DNA of 64,000 bases, from the NCBI GenBank assembly GCA_030704615.1, contig CM060731.1, positions 2,666,001 through 2,730,000 of the forward strand, written 5' to 3'. Positions 23,915 to 36,920 of the stretch are shown in pieces. The stretch's first letter is position 1, and each line of letters starts with the position of its first letter. The notes below the pieces were generated by a model, which was not told the DNA's origin, did no database searches, and saw only the letters and a program-made list of their open reading frames with translations. Both the position numbers and the translations under genes were made by a program. This DNA is from Takakia lepidozioides (Eukaryota; Plantae; Bryophyta).

Positions 23915-26900
23915 GTGAGTTGCACGTCTGAACATGCTAAGTCCGAACTGGCTAAGTCCGAACATGCACTGGAAAAATGGCGCTGAATTACCTGTCATGA
24001 GGGGACCTATAGCCGCGGAATTCGTTCCCATTTTTCGCCAGAGAAACCTATTACCGCGAAATACGTCGCCGTTTTTCAGGTTACGGACCCTATTACCGCG
24101 AAATTCGGCGCCATATTTGCACATGTCGCTGGGAATTGGCATGAGCGGAAGACGAAATATCATGAGCACAACTGTCAAAAATGCAATTTTCCCTTCAAGG
24201 GGCCGATTAATATATTTGTTTTTCCTGACACATTGCATTAAATTATTGTTTTTTATTGTTTTTTATTTTCGAAATTTGTACTTCTGCTCATGAAAACCGA
24301 TTGTGTTACTACTCTGCTCATGCCGCTCATGCCGCTCATGCCGCTCATGCTCATGAAATAGCAAACCTCCCTCTGAGAGTGCTGCCCCATTTTCTGGTTG
24401 CAGTCCCCTTATTTGCTCTGGATCTATGCTTAAGGTCTGCACATGAGCCTCAACCTCCTTTCCCAGAGCTGATGAATGGTCAGAGTGTATTGCTGCAGCC
24501 ATCGCCTCTTCTTTGTGGAGCATGGATACCATATCATGTATATCTGATGAATTCTCCACTAATTTTTCTTCGTTTTCTGTAGATGCAACTTCCTCCATTC
24601 CTGTAGCTTTCACTTTTAGGAATGCCTCCTGCACTCTTACACACTAACTATTCATAACTTCTCCATGTTGGCCCCAAGTCTGCAATACATCCTCTTCGTT
24701 GTCTTGCTGCCGGGAAACCTTTGCTTTCTCAAAAATATCAGTCATAGTCCCCATGACTGTAGGGTTGGAGTCTGCTATTGTTCCTTCTCTTGGACTGTTG
24801 AGTGAACTTTCCTTCATCAAAGGGGCAATTTGATATGTCGATGCTACCGGGTGCTGGGTAAAAGCTCAGACTGTATTGTGTGTATCTCAAGCTGAGGTGC
24901 CTTTGTGTCCATTTCACTCGGTGATAGTGCAGGTGTAACTCCATCTGCTCCTGCTGAGACAATCTCAGACTCTTTGAGGTTCAATAGCAAGCCCTCTCTC
25001 TCAGATGCATTTCCCTTCTGTGATTTGGATTGTGAAGGATGTGGCTCTTCGGCAGTTGCAATATAAGCAATGTCGTCCTCCATCTTATCAAGCAGACATT
25101 GTGAATTCCCTGCCTGTTGGAATATTGCTCGCTCCAATATGGGGAAAAGATCCTGCTCTCCCTCAGCAGGTCCATCTTCCACGAACATTGTGCACTCAAC
25201 CCTCATAGCATCACCTTGATGCTCTTCAGTTTTGAAATAGAGGGATCTATCATCCATCCTCTCCACTATAGACTGTGTCTCCGAATCTAGGACCTCTGCA
25301 CAAGCAGTCAGTTGGGGTCTGCCTCCTCTCTCTACCACATTTTCCTCTGTCAAACATTTGTCCCCTTCAACCTCGAGCTTCTCTTGTTCAGATACTTCTT
25401 CCATACTTACCAGCTCAATAACTAATTCAGACGTCATTCCCTGCTCATTAACAACAGCCTCCTCTACTTTGTGAATGCCGTCTTGTTCCTTGACAGTATC
25501 TCCCTCTGGCTCCCTCAAAACAGAGTACATTTGTCTAGCAAAGTGAGCATGCTTATTACCATCTAATATCTCTTTCTTGGAAATCCCTTCCAGCTCCATG
25601 GCTGCAGACTCCCCTTCCTCAGAAATTTTGGCCTTCATAAGAACACCCACCTCAGTACTTTTGGTGTTCTCTGTAAGATCTATCTGGTCCACCTTAGAAA
25701 CACATGGGTTGCTCTTCACAGTTGCCACCTCCTCCATACACTTTAAGCCACCGTCCGCAATCCCTCCCACTTCACTTGTGAGAGGGCAAAACAGGCTGAA
25801 ATAGGTCAAAGAAGAAGGTGCCCTCACCACATTGTCCTTGAGCTTGTGTCATGACTTGACCGACCATCAACCCAAAAGGACCTCTTGTGTGTGCTGCTTG
25901 TGTCTGTAGTCAGGTAATGTCGGATTGGTCTGTGAGATCGAACCACCACGGTGCAGCTGAGTAGGCAGAGATTGAAACACGGCCTGCTAAGACCAAGCTA
26001 ACTCTCCCAAGAACGGCGAGCTCGCAAGAATGTTGCGAGCTTCTCCTCGTCTCATCTCCTCCTCATCTCCTCTTTCCTGCATCATTTGCTCAACGCCTCC
26101 ATCCCACGCCCCTGCATATCCTGTGATCATCGCATTCCATCCCTCGGCTACATGGTGTGGCGCAGGAGACAAAAAAAACGCCAAGTCCCAGCCCTCCTTT
26201 GTGTTCACGATTACCCTAATGGGCAACCTTATTAGCAACTTTTTAACTTTTTAAATCCTAATGGGCAACTTATTAGCAACTTTTTGACTTTTTAACCTTT
26301 TGCACTTTGATTCATTCTAGGTCAAAGGCTAAAATCCTGCTACCAGACTTGTCTAGAAAACCAAAACACCACGTAAACAAACATTTGATAGTGGTAGTAA
26401 AATATATTACCATTGGGCTGGTTTGAACACTTGCTAGTAAAAACTTTCACTTTGAGTTATTGAAATTGAAATATACATTATAAATTATATTTTCATAATT
26501 ACAGCTGTCAATGTTTGACTTAGGGGTGGTAGAATAAAGGACTCCGTAATGAAACTTTTGATAGTTGTAGTGAATTGTTCTATTAATATCAGCACATTTC
26601 ACTACGTGGTGCTAGAAATAGTGAAAAGTGGCAAATAATGAAATTCATAGTAAATTACCGACGGTGCTGAAAACCATAGTGTGTTGTAGTGCCTCGTTGT
26701 GTCTATCATTGCCCCTTCCTGCATGCTCAAGAATAGGTTTGCAAAGCCTCTATCCCACGTCCCTGCATATCCTGCGATCGTTGCGTTCCATGCTCTAGGC
26801 TTGTGGATACTAAGAAAACATATGGTGTGGCGGGAGACAAAAAAACCCAAAAGGAGGCCAAGTCCTAGCCCTCTGCTCACGGCTGGCACCCTAATGGGCA

Positions 26901-28825
26901 ACCCTATAAGCAACTTTTTGAAAAAATTTAACCTTTTGCACTTTGATCATTGATGAATGAACTTATCCAATGGATGAATACATTCGTGTATGTGCCTTCA
27001 AAATGACACGTGTAGTGATGCAGTCGTATAATTAGAGCTCTGAAACCATATTCAGTCATGAAGTCATACGATTCTAGGAAAATTCATCCACGTGTAGTCC
27101 TCCATATGACGCGAGTCATATAAACCATCCCTGTCATCATGGTCAACAATGTTTGACCAATGCTCCCTACCTTTCCGGAGTCATGTAGTGATATCCATTA
27201 CTACATAGTGATAAAACTATGACTGCAACGCATTTCAGCGTTCTGTAGTCGTGTACCTAATGCCGTTTTTATGACTCCGCAAAAGCCGTAGTCCTAAAAA
27301 CGCTCATATCTTGTAGTGATTCATTTCAGTGCTGATTTCAAATAATCCCAAGAATGACTCAAAATCCTCCCCTAAGTTGTACTCAGGGTATTGTTGCCTA
27401 TGCATTCACTCCCCATGATCAGTTTTCTGCGGAGTGGTATCCAGAACTTCAGTTTGTTTCAGCAACATCTTCATAAGCGGGGGACAATTTGAAATCACCC
27501 CCATGGCTTCACACAACTCGTCCAAATCAAATGTGGGTTGAGGCACAGTCGCCGGATCCTTGTGATCTCCGGACGACTTTCCCCTTTCCGTATTATTTCT
27601 TTCATTAGTTGCTGTCTCTTCCCTCTCCTCCACTGCACGTTTTTCCAACTCACTTAGTCTCATTGTCTCTTCTGCTTCTCTCTCTAGCATAGATCTTGTA
27701 AATACAGGCATGAGAAGATGAGTACACGGCTACCTGTCCGAAGGGGCACTGAGCTTCGAATCCCACCCAGACACACAGTGAGATGTGTTGAAGCGATGCT
27801 TGTGCAGCAGGGACACTCCTTCCCCCAAGAAAGCCCACAGTTCCTCTTCATCCTTGAGCCAAAAAGTCACATGCACGATGTTGCGTACCACCTTTTCCTT
27901 CACCAACAGCGTATGGGCAAGATATGCCTTGGTTGCTTCGGCCTTGTAGAGACCTATTGTTTCACGCCGAAAACACACCTCCGGAAAGATCAACACATCA
28001 CTGGGACAAAAAATGAATTCAGAGTCGGGAATACCAGTGATGAGCTCTTCCCAAGTGGGATCTCGGGTAGGGGCTGGCGGAACTCGAGGCCAAGTTAAAT
28101 TAGCAAGCAGAATTGATGTACTTCATTTAACCAGTTCCCACAATAGTAGAGGGCTCGGCTTGTTAGGAGGCAAGAAGTTCTCAAGCTCTCCACCCAATTC
28201 TCGACTCACAGAGAATTGTGGTATGCCCAAGACAGCCCAACTAAGTTTCTCACCACTCTCCAACTGCTCCTTGGCACTAGCAAGGGGAATCTGTCTGGAA
28301 TGAAGCTTGAGGAGAAGGCGCGCAGCGTAGGCTCCTTGAAGAGACTCGCAAATGCGCCGGCTCTGCTCCCTCTGCTCCGCTTTAGTGTATATGGGCTTGC
28401 AAGCTTCTTTGCGTGCAGTTTCCTCAAAGGTCTTGGCCCAGAACTCTGAGGGCGTGTCCAGCGGAAGCTCAGGCCGTGGAATAGGTTTCCCTCCGGATAA
28501 TCGACAAACACCAGTTGCTCAGGCAATAGGTTGCATGCAAGCTTACAAATGTAGCGAGATTCCAACGCCTGGGTCTGTCTCAAGCGCGGGACCTCAAATT
28601 GATCAAGTTAAAACCAACCACACTCAGAACTGGAAGCCATAGTGCTCACTTGCGAAACTCTCAAAACACAGAAGCAGGCAAACTCTCTATCTTTCTCTCT
28701 GTGCATGACATACAAGCCGCCATTTTGCCACTACCTCTCTCCTCAATCATGCAGGATCCCCCATACACAATCTACTGCTCTCAGGTATTTCGTACGAGCC
28801 AAATTATCTGTTAACGATTTTTAGT

Positions 28826-28843
28826 TACCCCGCATCTCCACCA
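28826..28843 (-). promoter_or_regulatory. PBS complementary to the 3' end of tRNA-Ala
   Basis: Minus-strand TGGTGGAGATGCGGGGTA immediately after the LTR-terminal CA. It matches the plant tRNA-Ala 3' end ...ACCCCGCATCTCCACCA (recalled, not searched). Confidence 0.85.
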
Positions 28844-29574
28844 TGATTCCGGCGCTGTGGGTTTGTTCCCCTTCCTCTACCGGACTTAATCCTATCTGGG
28901 GAATGTAGTCGATAGATGGGCCTGGCAGAGAAGACGGAATCTCACGAAGAGGACGCAACAGAGTCGGACTTCCAAAACGCATTCATCCTCACACTCAAGC
29001 ACACCGTTACACCAAGCGTACACTCGCGTAAGACCCAAAAGCCACCACCCCCGCTGCCACAGCAGTCGAGCTTAAATAGTATTAGGTCGTAATCTAGTCT
29101 TAGTGTCGCGTGGCACTTACATATAGGCCAGCCAGATGCCCTTCCAACATAGCCATAGAAAGAAGCCAGATCACCCAGATCCATCCTAATCTAATCCTAA
29201 ACTAGCTATTAGAATAAGACAACACCTAATAAAGTCATCAGCTGTTGCCACCTCATCCTCATGCGCAAGGTGTAAGTTTATCCAGACTTCATCCCGGCTC
29301 CGTCCATCCCTAAATCATCCGGGGCGCATCCCTCCTCCATTCATCCAAGTCGAAAAGGAAGATGAGAAGGAATCCCAGCTCCACAACCCACATGCAAATC
29401 GTCTATCAAGAGTCCTACATTATAGTGCAGGATTGGAGACGATTACGTACAACCAAAAGTTTGAGACTCTCTTGTACAACTTACTTGTGAGAGGGCATGC
29501 CAGTTATGGCACAGAGGCAAAATGAACTAATGAACGTACATCCTATTTGATGTACGTTTGGAGAATTCTTCATA

Positions 29575-30103
29575 CCGTACTTACCTAGCTTATTAGGCTA
29601 TAATTCAAAATCAGGTGCCTAACTAAATTTAGAACTTTTTTGGAAAATGTGCCTAAAACTTAGAAAAACCTCCCGAGAACTGCCCAATTGCTCAAAAATT
29701 GTGGAAAATACCAAACTGACCAAATACGTGGGAAAAATGCCTAAATTATATTATTTAAAGTCCAAAAAATGGCAAAAATGCCTACAATTTAAATTTTCAT
29801 GTCCAGGTTTAGGGTTTAGGTAGTACCAGGCGTGTAGGTGTGTACAGCCTTCACTGCAGCCATTCTTTTATCACATATCAAACATTATGTGTTTTTTAAA
29901 TAAAATAACCTCAACAATAGTTTCTGAGGGAGGTAAAAAACTATTGTTCATTATTATCCAGCCTGGTCGACTGAAATACATGCCTAATATTTGAAAATTA
30001 CCTAGTGGAGGTGCCTAAATAATAAAAACGAATATGCCTAATAATATTCTTTTTTAAATTAATTATTAGGCACGGAAGTGCCTAATAAACTAGGTAAGTA
30101 CGG
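29575..30103. mobile_element. Tc1/mariner (pogo-like) MITE
   Basis: TIR CCGTACTTACCTAG(C/T)TTATTAGGC at both ends, flanked by TA. Internal TGCCTAA repeats; AT-rich. Confidence 0.88.
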
Positions 30104-31230
30104 TATTCTTGGCATGAGGTGCAGATTGCCTGTTCCTGGCAAGTGGGACACTATAGTTCCTAGCTGTTGAATGTTCCATGTGGTGCAACTGGGACACTAA
30201 TACACTATAGTCCTATACCTTATTTTGGCAGCATTGATGGGCAACTTTGGCAAGGTTATGATGCTTCACGGACCCAACTTTTTGCATCCCAAGAGCTCGC
30301 AAAAAACGTGCACAATACAAATCCCTGTCAGAATATGCTAATGCTCACTTGAGCTGTGCAGGAACACTAGTGTACACTGTATAATCCGCTCACTTCCAGG
30401 ATCCTTCCTGCTAACGTCACACTCACGTTTGCATGTGAGGGTATGCCTGCAGCTTATATTAGTGATGGGCTGCGGAGGAATACCTTTTTTATAATTATGC
30501 CGACCAGAGCAGTTCCAGGATCCTTCATGAATGCTAGAAATATGTTTGCCTGTTGATCCGGAGCTCAAAATCCTTGTTCAGCTGCACTACAGTCACTACC
30601 TACACGGTGGGTTCCATGTCAACTCGAATATAATGATAAGCTGTGCAGGAACACTATTTTATAATACTCTCACTTCCGAGATCCTTCCTGCAAGCTTACA
30701 AGTTACGCATACGTTTGCCGGTTGATCTGGAGCTGAAATCCTTGATAAATCCTATATTGTGCCTTGAAGTTCTCAAATAAAAATCAGCCGTCGGGAACCA
30801 TTTCTAGCGTCATCATTGTCTTTGTATCACACAATTTGTTGGTAAAAGATATACTTTTTTGGTTCGAGGCCGTTACAGTGTTTGCGGTAGTGCGCTACAG
30901 AACGCGTAAACAGAATCACCGTGTGTCCTCGCAATGGAGGCCAACGCGTTCCTGTTTCTTCGTGATTGCATATATAAGAAAGCTTTCTCCCCTTCCTCCT
31001 TCAGCTTTGAACATCCAGGCTCATCCCAAATTCTTCCACATCGCTGCATTTGTACCTGCACACACTTGTGCACTCGAAGTTGATCTACAAGGCATTCCAA
31101 TTGTCATCAAGCGATCTCAGTTTCCTTCTCTAAAAGTTTCGAGATCCTTTTCCTTCCAATCGTGGGGGCCACTTAATCAAGACAATTCTTGTGCTTGTGA
31201 GTATGGGGGAGTAATCTACGTACTGACGGT

Positions 31231-31480
31231 ATGGCTTTTCTGCGGAACATTGATGAGTTTTTCTACGGGCGCCGAAGTGAACCCGGCTGGATCGTCAATA
31301 GCTCCAGGGATGTACCCTACTACTACGAGATTCGTGAAGCCAACCCTCACACCCACCATGTCTCCCCCTACATTACCGATGCGCTGCATAACAGTCACTC
31401 TCGCCACATACTTCCGGTAGTGGAGTTGAAGGTGCCCATGTGCTGCGCCAAATGTGAAGAGAAGGTGAAGGAGGAGCTCA
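31231..31480 (+). pseudogene. HMA-domain gene copy 1, 3'-truncated
   Basis: Matches copy 3 up to KVKEEL, then runs into unrelated sequence (chimeric ORF to 31665). Confidence 0.85.
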
Positions 31481-32848
31481 AGTTCTGTGGGGCTTGCACG
31501 TACCTTTATTCCATGTGTTTGTTTGCAGCATTCTTTTGGGCCGACAAAGTACAAATAGTGCAGCACCTATCCTACTCACAAAATTTCTGGCTGCCCAATC
31601 ATCTTGAGGTTGTGGGTCAAAAGCATGAAATGCATTTTATTTTTCTATTTTTCTTTTCCTTTTAGAGGGAAGAATTGTTTGGATGCAAAATCCCTAGGGT
31701 TCCATGTTTCCAAACACATTCCCATTCCTGCTAGACTCAGTTTTGCCCATTTTGAGGGCATTTCCGTGGTCAAATTGGGCCTGCCCTATTCTGTACATGC
31801 GAGCGTGCACCATTCTGACTCTTCTTTCCACACAAAACAAGACTGAAAAAATGTTCGGTGTTGGCACTGCCGTCAGTGGAGAAGAAGCAGAGATGACCTG
31901 ATGAAGCTGCGAGGGAAATTATTTCACAAGCAAGTTGGATGAATCTCAGAAACACATCGCATGTAGGGATAGAATGTACTCCGAACACTTTGTTTGCCGT
32001 AGCCTCGTGTCCTTGGAAACATAGGGAGCAGGCACTACCTTTGTGAGGGCGCACTCCAGTAGACACACTTACCTTGATATAAACAATCCATTGGGGCTTT
32101 CTAGAAAGCCCTTCACACAAGCATCAATCTGCTGTGTGTGAGAAGCCAAAAGTTAGATCCCAACATATTTTCACTGGTCAGGTGTACGAGCCATGCTCTT
32201 GATGTTCCTCAAGAGAGTCACTCCCTCTTGAGAATAACCTGCACATTATATGATCACATTCAAATGGACTTTGTTCAAGCCCGCACATCACCTGGGCATT
32301 TTTTCCCTCTCAGCATCTGTTTATAGTTCAAAGGTAGGGATAAATGACAACGCTAAGACCTGTAAGATATGTGTAACTTCTTACATGTTCTCGTGCAAGT
32401 TCATCTTCTTTTATATACTCTACATGCAATTTGTAGCGAGTGTGTAAATGAGTAGCAGAATTGATCTGAATGGCATTTAGAGAATCCGGGAATTCATGGT
32501 GCAAACATTCTGCAAAGGACAAACATTTCGTACACTTAATTGCGAACCAGTCACTGAGAGCAATTGAAACGTTGAAACCCACAAAATTTGCAGTCCTGGG
32601 CGATGTATTGCACAATGTCCAGACAGGGGAAAGTGCCCATCCTCGCTTCATTCACATTACGAGCCAATCTGATGGATCACCCCAACACATCGCCATCGCT
32701 TTCTCCTATTTCTATCAAAATCTTGCTTACTTTTCGCTTCTCTACAGGCGGCCCCCAATGTGGAGTATCCAAGTAAGCCGCAAAGAACGCGCTATCAATC
32801 TACCGAGCTCTATACAGTTGGTGTAGCTATGGTGGAGATTTGCAACAA

Positions 32849-33445
32849 TCAGTACTCCGATTCAATGTGCTTCAGATAATGGGGGTTGGTGATGATGGAC
32901 TGACTGCTGGCTTGTCTGTAAGATGGGCCGTACGAATGCACGTAAGATTGGCCAAATGCAGGTGTGTATCGGCTGTGCGAGGATGTGTAGTCTGTCTGCT
33001 CATGGTGCCGGTATCCCCGACTCTCACATGAACTGTACTCCCCGTCGTACTGGCGGTAAGCAGGGCTCGGCCACAACTAAGATTTCTTCTTCACTCGCTT
33101 GGCCTTCTTGAGTGCGCGCAGAGGATCCACATGTCCAGAAACAATCACCTTCTGCGTGTATTGGTCACACAAAACTCCATACACCCCCTCCAGCTCCAGG
33201 AGCTCTTCCTTCACCTTCTCTTCACATTTGGCGCAGCACATGGGCACCATCAACTCCACTACCGGAAGCACGTGGCGAGAGTGACTGTTATGCAGCGCAT
33301 GGGTAATGTAGGGGGAGACATGGTGGGTGTGAGGGAGGGCTTCACGAGTCTCGTAGTAGTAGGGTACATCCCTGGAGCTGTTCACAATCCAGCTGGGTTC
33401 GCTTCGGCGCCCGTAGAAAAACCCATCATTCCGCAGAAAACCCAT
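32849..33445 (-). pseudogene. HMA-domain gene copy 2 with a premature stop (CAG>TAG) right after the HMA domain
   Basis: Full-length homolog of 37854-38450. TAG at 33079-33077 gives a 122-aa product. Confidence 0.85.
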
Positions 33446-34885
33446 ACCGTCAGTAGATCACTCCCTCACACTCACAAGCACAAGAATTGTCTTGATTAAG
33501 TGGCCCAACGATTGGAAGGAAAAGGATCTCAAACCTTTTAGAGAAGGGAACTGAGATCGCTTGATGACAATGGGATTGCCCTGTAGGTCAACTTCGAGTG
33601 CACAAGTGTGTGCAGGTACAAATGCAGCGATGTGGAAGAATGTGGGATGAGCCTGGATGTTCAAAGCTGAAGGAGGAAGGGGAGTGAGCTTTCTTATATA
33701 CAATCACGAAGAAACAGGAACGCGTTGCAGGGTGCACCGCCTCCATTGCGAGGACACACACACGATGATTAGCAGTAAGGCATGGCAGCTGTGCTTTGCC
33801 TGTTTACGCGTTCTCTAGCGCACCACAACAACACTCTAACGGCCTCTCGACAGCCTTGAAACAAATCTATCTTTTAGTATTTACCGACAAAAAGTGTCGT
33901 TGCACACTAGTGCGATCTCTTGGCCGAGAAATTGGAAGGGTACAAAGACAATAATGACACTAGAATTGGTCTGGCAGAGAAACGTATATGTGTGTCAGAC
34001 TGTAAGCAGGAAGGATCGCGGAAGTGAGGCTAACCTAGTGTTCCCGCACAGGTCATCATTATATGCTGACAGATATGTGTACGTATTTGTGCACGTTTTG
34101 TGTGAGCTCTTGGGCCGCAAAAAGTTGGGGCATACAGCCCTGTCAAACCCTGTCATCATCTTCCTGGTTCCCCACAATCCTTGCCAAGGACTCTCTTATT
34201 TGTGTACTCTGTGTTGTGGAAGTTTGAGTTACATACCTATCGCTGCAAAGGCCCCGAACCAACCAAATAAATCTCATCACTTAAATTACAGTCGTTCTTG
34301 CACAGAATTGTCTCTTGGGAGAAATGGCAATGATACAAAGATCATTAGCAATGACACGAGCTTGACCGTCTATATACTTTCCCTTTCCTTCTCAATCATG
34401 TGACATTAGAAATAGTCTGGCTCGTTGTTTCGTCCCCCCACCGCACTGTAGTGCTTTACGACGATTGAGCTCCGGATCAACAGGCAAACTTATTTCTAGC
34501 ATGTTCAAAGTGAGCCTTGCATTATGAATTCGTGTTCCGCCACAGCCCATCCATATAAGCTGCATATTCTACAGGCAAACGTCTGTGTAACATTTACATA
34601 AGCAGCAAGAAGGATCTCTGAAGTTTAAGTTACAATAGGTAGTGTTCCTGTGCACAGCTCATCAATATATTCTGACACCCGGTGATTCGTAGATTTGTGC
34701 ACGTTTTTGTGCTTGATCTTGGGATGCAAAAAGCCACAGGTCACCCGTAAGGCATAGCCTGCCCAAAAACGAAAGGAAAAAGAAAAATATAGCCTGCCAA
34801 ACCCTGTCACGCTCACGATCTTCTCCATCAATCCTGCCTGGTAGACTCATCATTTGGGTTCAGTGTGTTGTGGGAGTTTGAGCTC

Positions 34886-35399
34886 TGTAGTCGTCCCTAA
34901 GCCTTGCTATGCTTGTGGGTCAGACCTTAACGCTGACCTGGCGATCTTGGCTACGCTGATGAATGAGTTCCTCCAGTTTATCAAGAGGCGTTTTTCTAGG
35001 GTCTAATAGATCACCCTACACAAAATCATCAGCTGTTCCTTCCTTTCTCTCGGAGATCCGAAGCCTGAATGCCTGGGTACATGCTACACTCTAGTGCTTT
35101 CTTCTGTCAGAGTTGGAAGTGACTCTCCATTCTTTCCAACTGGTCCCTTCTAGATAGTCTTTGGGCAAGAGCTCCCATAAACTTCTCGTCAATCCAAATA
35201 TCTACGAACTCCGATTTTCCCCTGGCTACCCGCGAGAACAATGACATCCTCTTACCTCACTGGTGTGTGGATCGCATGCCTTAACGGTTTGAGGTTGAAA
35301 GCTTACGAGTGATGAAGAATCGTCTATCGACAGTCCTACATTTTACTTTCTGGAGATGATCACCTACTTACACCCAAAAGTTTGAGACTATTTTGTACA
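34886..35399 (-). repeat. Diverged LTR fragment related to the 28844-29478 LTR
   Basis: Shares the CCAAAAGTTTGAGACT...TTGTACA end, CGTCTATC...AGTCCTACATT and TCATCAGCTGTT blocks. No TSD seen. Confidence 0.55.
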
Positions 35400-35829
35400 A
35401 GTAAAACCTCTGTAATCTGCAACATTGTTCACCAGGCTCAAAGTATGTAGAACGGTTAAGACATAAGCTCTATCTAGAAGTACATGTAAATCTGCTCATT
35501 TCAGATCAATGCAATTTGCAGAAAGATTCCTCATGGGAATGGTGGGGCCACCTATTAAATCTACCCAGCTCCAATGAGGCACTAGGTGGCAGATTCAAAA
35601 AAGGTTGCACGATAGAGGAGTCCAAGGCCCCAACAGCAGCTTTCAACCAGCCTACTGCGTGGCTTCGCTGGTGTAATGTGAGAATTGAGACTTTACATAA
35701 GCAAAGCGTGAATCATGCTCCACATGCTAGGTTTGTGATATGGATTTTCGGTACCTACAGAGATTTTCTCGGGGACATGTATGTTTCGAGAAGCAGTGTA
35801 CAACTGAGTACTTAATTGAGGTCACAGTT

Positions 35830-36920
35830 GGATGTCATGCACAGGCAGAACCGCAGGAGGTGGGGCCTTTAGTTGTGGAAGTTTATGGCAGCTGGGACAG
35901 TTCCTTAGTACAGTTCCCATTCTTGGATTAAAAATTAGCCCTGCCCATGGCATTGAAGTTACCATAGCTGTTGGTACGGCATATGAACCCATAGCACAGC
36001 AGCACAGAGAAATGCTATTACTGGAAGCAGGACCTTCAGAGAGGGAGGAGGAAGTTATTTCCGTCCCACAGCTCCATGTATGAGATACAATCCCGAACGG
36101 AAATGTGGCACGGCATTTCCGTTCATCAACTAACGTATGTGAAGGGGGAACGGAAATGCGGTACCGCATTTCCGTTCACATTGAAAATCATGAACCACGG
36201 GAACTGAAATGTTGTGCCTCATTTCAGTCCGAATCGCACCTTTCGACATTCCAGAACGGAAATGTGGGAAAACTGTCTTGCTGACCTGCATTGTTGCCAT
36301 GGGTGAACAAATTTTACTGGGACTGGATTGGATGAAGGGTGCAGAGGCCAGCATTGACGTCATGAACAATCTTATGTGCTTTCACAATGGTGAGGGGCAA
36401 CCTTACAAAGTAAATCTAAGCCATGTTACTATTGCCGCTGGGACCTCTATGGCCAACTACTCGTCTCAAGCTTCAAGCTGAGCAGATGAAGGAGCAAGTG
36501 GGTTTGCATTATAATTGGGCCAGATTTAGCCAGTTCCAACCACTTGGTGATGATCTGTACCAATGGCATTTCCCTCCACCAGGGAAGAAGTCTGGACCTC
36601 CCTTGCCTGTGGCAAAGAATACCATGTTGCTACGTTCTCCAGTTGACTTCATTATCCCAGCATTTTCTCAGCGCATAGTGCCTATAGGCTTAGCTTTGCT
36701 TGCCCTATAGGTCATTTCCTTGAGGTTGAAGGCTGGAAAAAACTTACCCTCCAAAAGCACTGTCTGATTGCTTCTGGGGTTTTAGACAGGGGCTTTAAGG
36801 GAGAGGTCAAATTACTGGTTGCTAATCCAGAACGTATCAGCATCTGTGTCCGCAAGGGTCAGGTCCTTGCTAGGCTCACTGCTTCTCCTTTGTCTGAGTT
36901 GGCCTCTGTTCAAGAAGGCC
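35830..36920 (+). pseudogene. Retroelement relic: aspartic protease C-terminal part followed by a dUTPase-like domain
   Basis: ILLGLDWM protease motif. Then LRSPVDFIIP...IVPIGL and, after a frameshift at ~36708, GHFLEV...SGVLDRGFKGEVKLLVAN...VRKGQVLARL. Confidence 0.65.

Larger units (their letters stand above)
15700..24369 (+). mobile_element. Mutator-like/Foldback-type DNA transposon (defective)
   Basis: TIRs GGGGGCTGCTATTTCATGAGC... and reverse-complement GAGGTTTGCTATTTCATGAGC..., followed by GCATGAGC repeats. 8-bp TSD CCTCTGAG (15692-15699, 24370-24377). Internal transposase present. Confidence 0.9.
14888..25830 (-). pseudogene. Captured Glu-rich, intron-containing gene fragment inside CACTA-1, split by the MULE (pieces 24370-25830 and 14888-15699)
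   Basis: Removing the MULE and one TSD restores the frame GAALSEALKLDKF. A phase-0 GT..AG intron at 15437-15170 joins LSHGE to SESRYES in frame. A further GTGAGA donor lies at 14887. Confidence 0.65.
11908..27318. mobile_element. CACTA-1: non-autonomous Pack-CACTA element (15.4 kb including a nested MULE)
   Basis: TIRs CACTACAATAGATGAGCGTTTTTATGACTGC and reverse-complement CACTACAAGATATGAGCGTTTTTAGGACTAC. 3-bp TSD ATT (11905-11907, 27319-27321). Dense ATGACT/GTAGTC subterminal repeats. No recognisable TnpA/TnpD. Confidence 0.95.
10272..29478 (-). mobile_element. tRNA-Ala-primed Ty3/gypsy element, interrupted by CACTA-1 and cut in RNase H by the chromovirus LTR
   Basis: LTR ~28844-29478 and PBS 28826-28843. 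Gag starts at 27711 and continues at 11907 across the CACTA TSD. RT ([27 protein letters not shown]) at 10878-11474. RNase H at 10272-10685. Confidence 0.85.

Noticed and set aside
28826-28843. tRNA-Ala gene
   Set aside because: Only the 3' 18 nt including CCA are present, next to an LTR end, so this is a PBS.
29806-29820. Telomeric repeats (also ~41811-41824 and ~50497-50522)
   Set aside because: Only about two TTTAGGG-like units each; too short to call an interstitial telomere.
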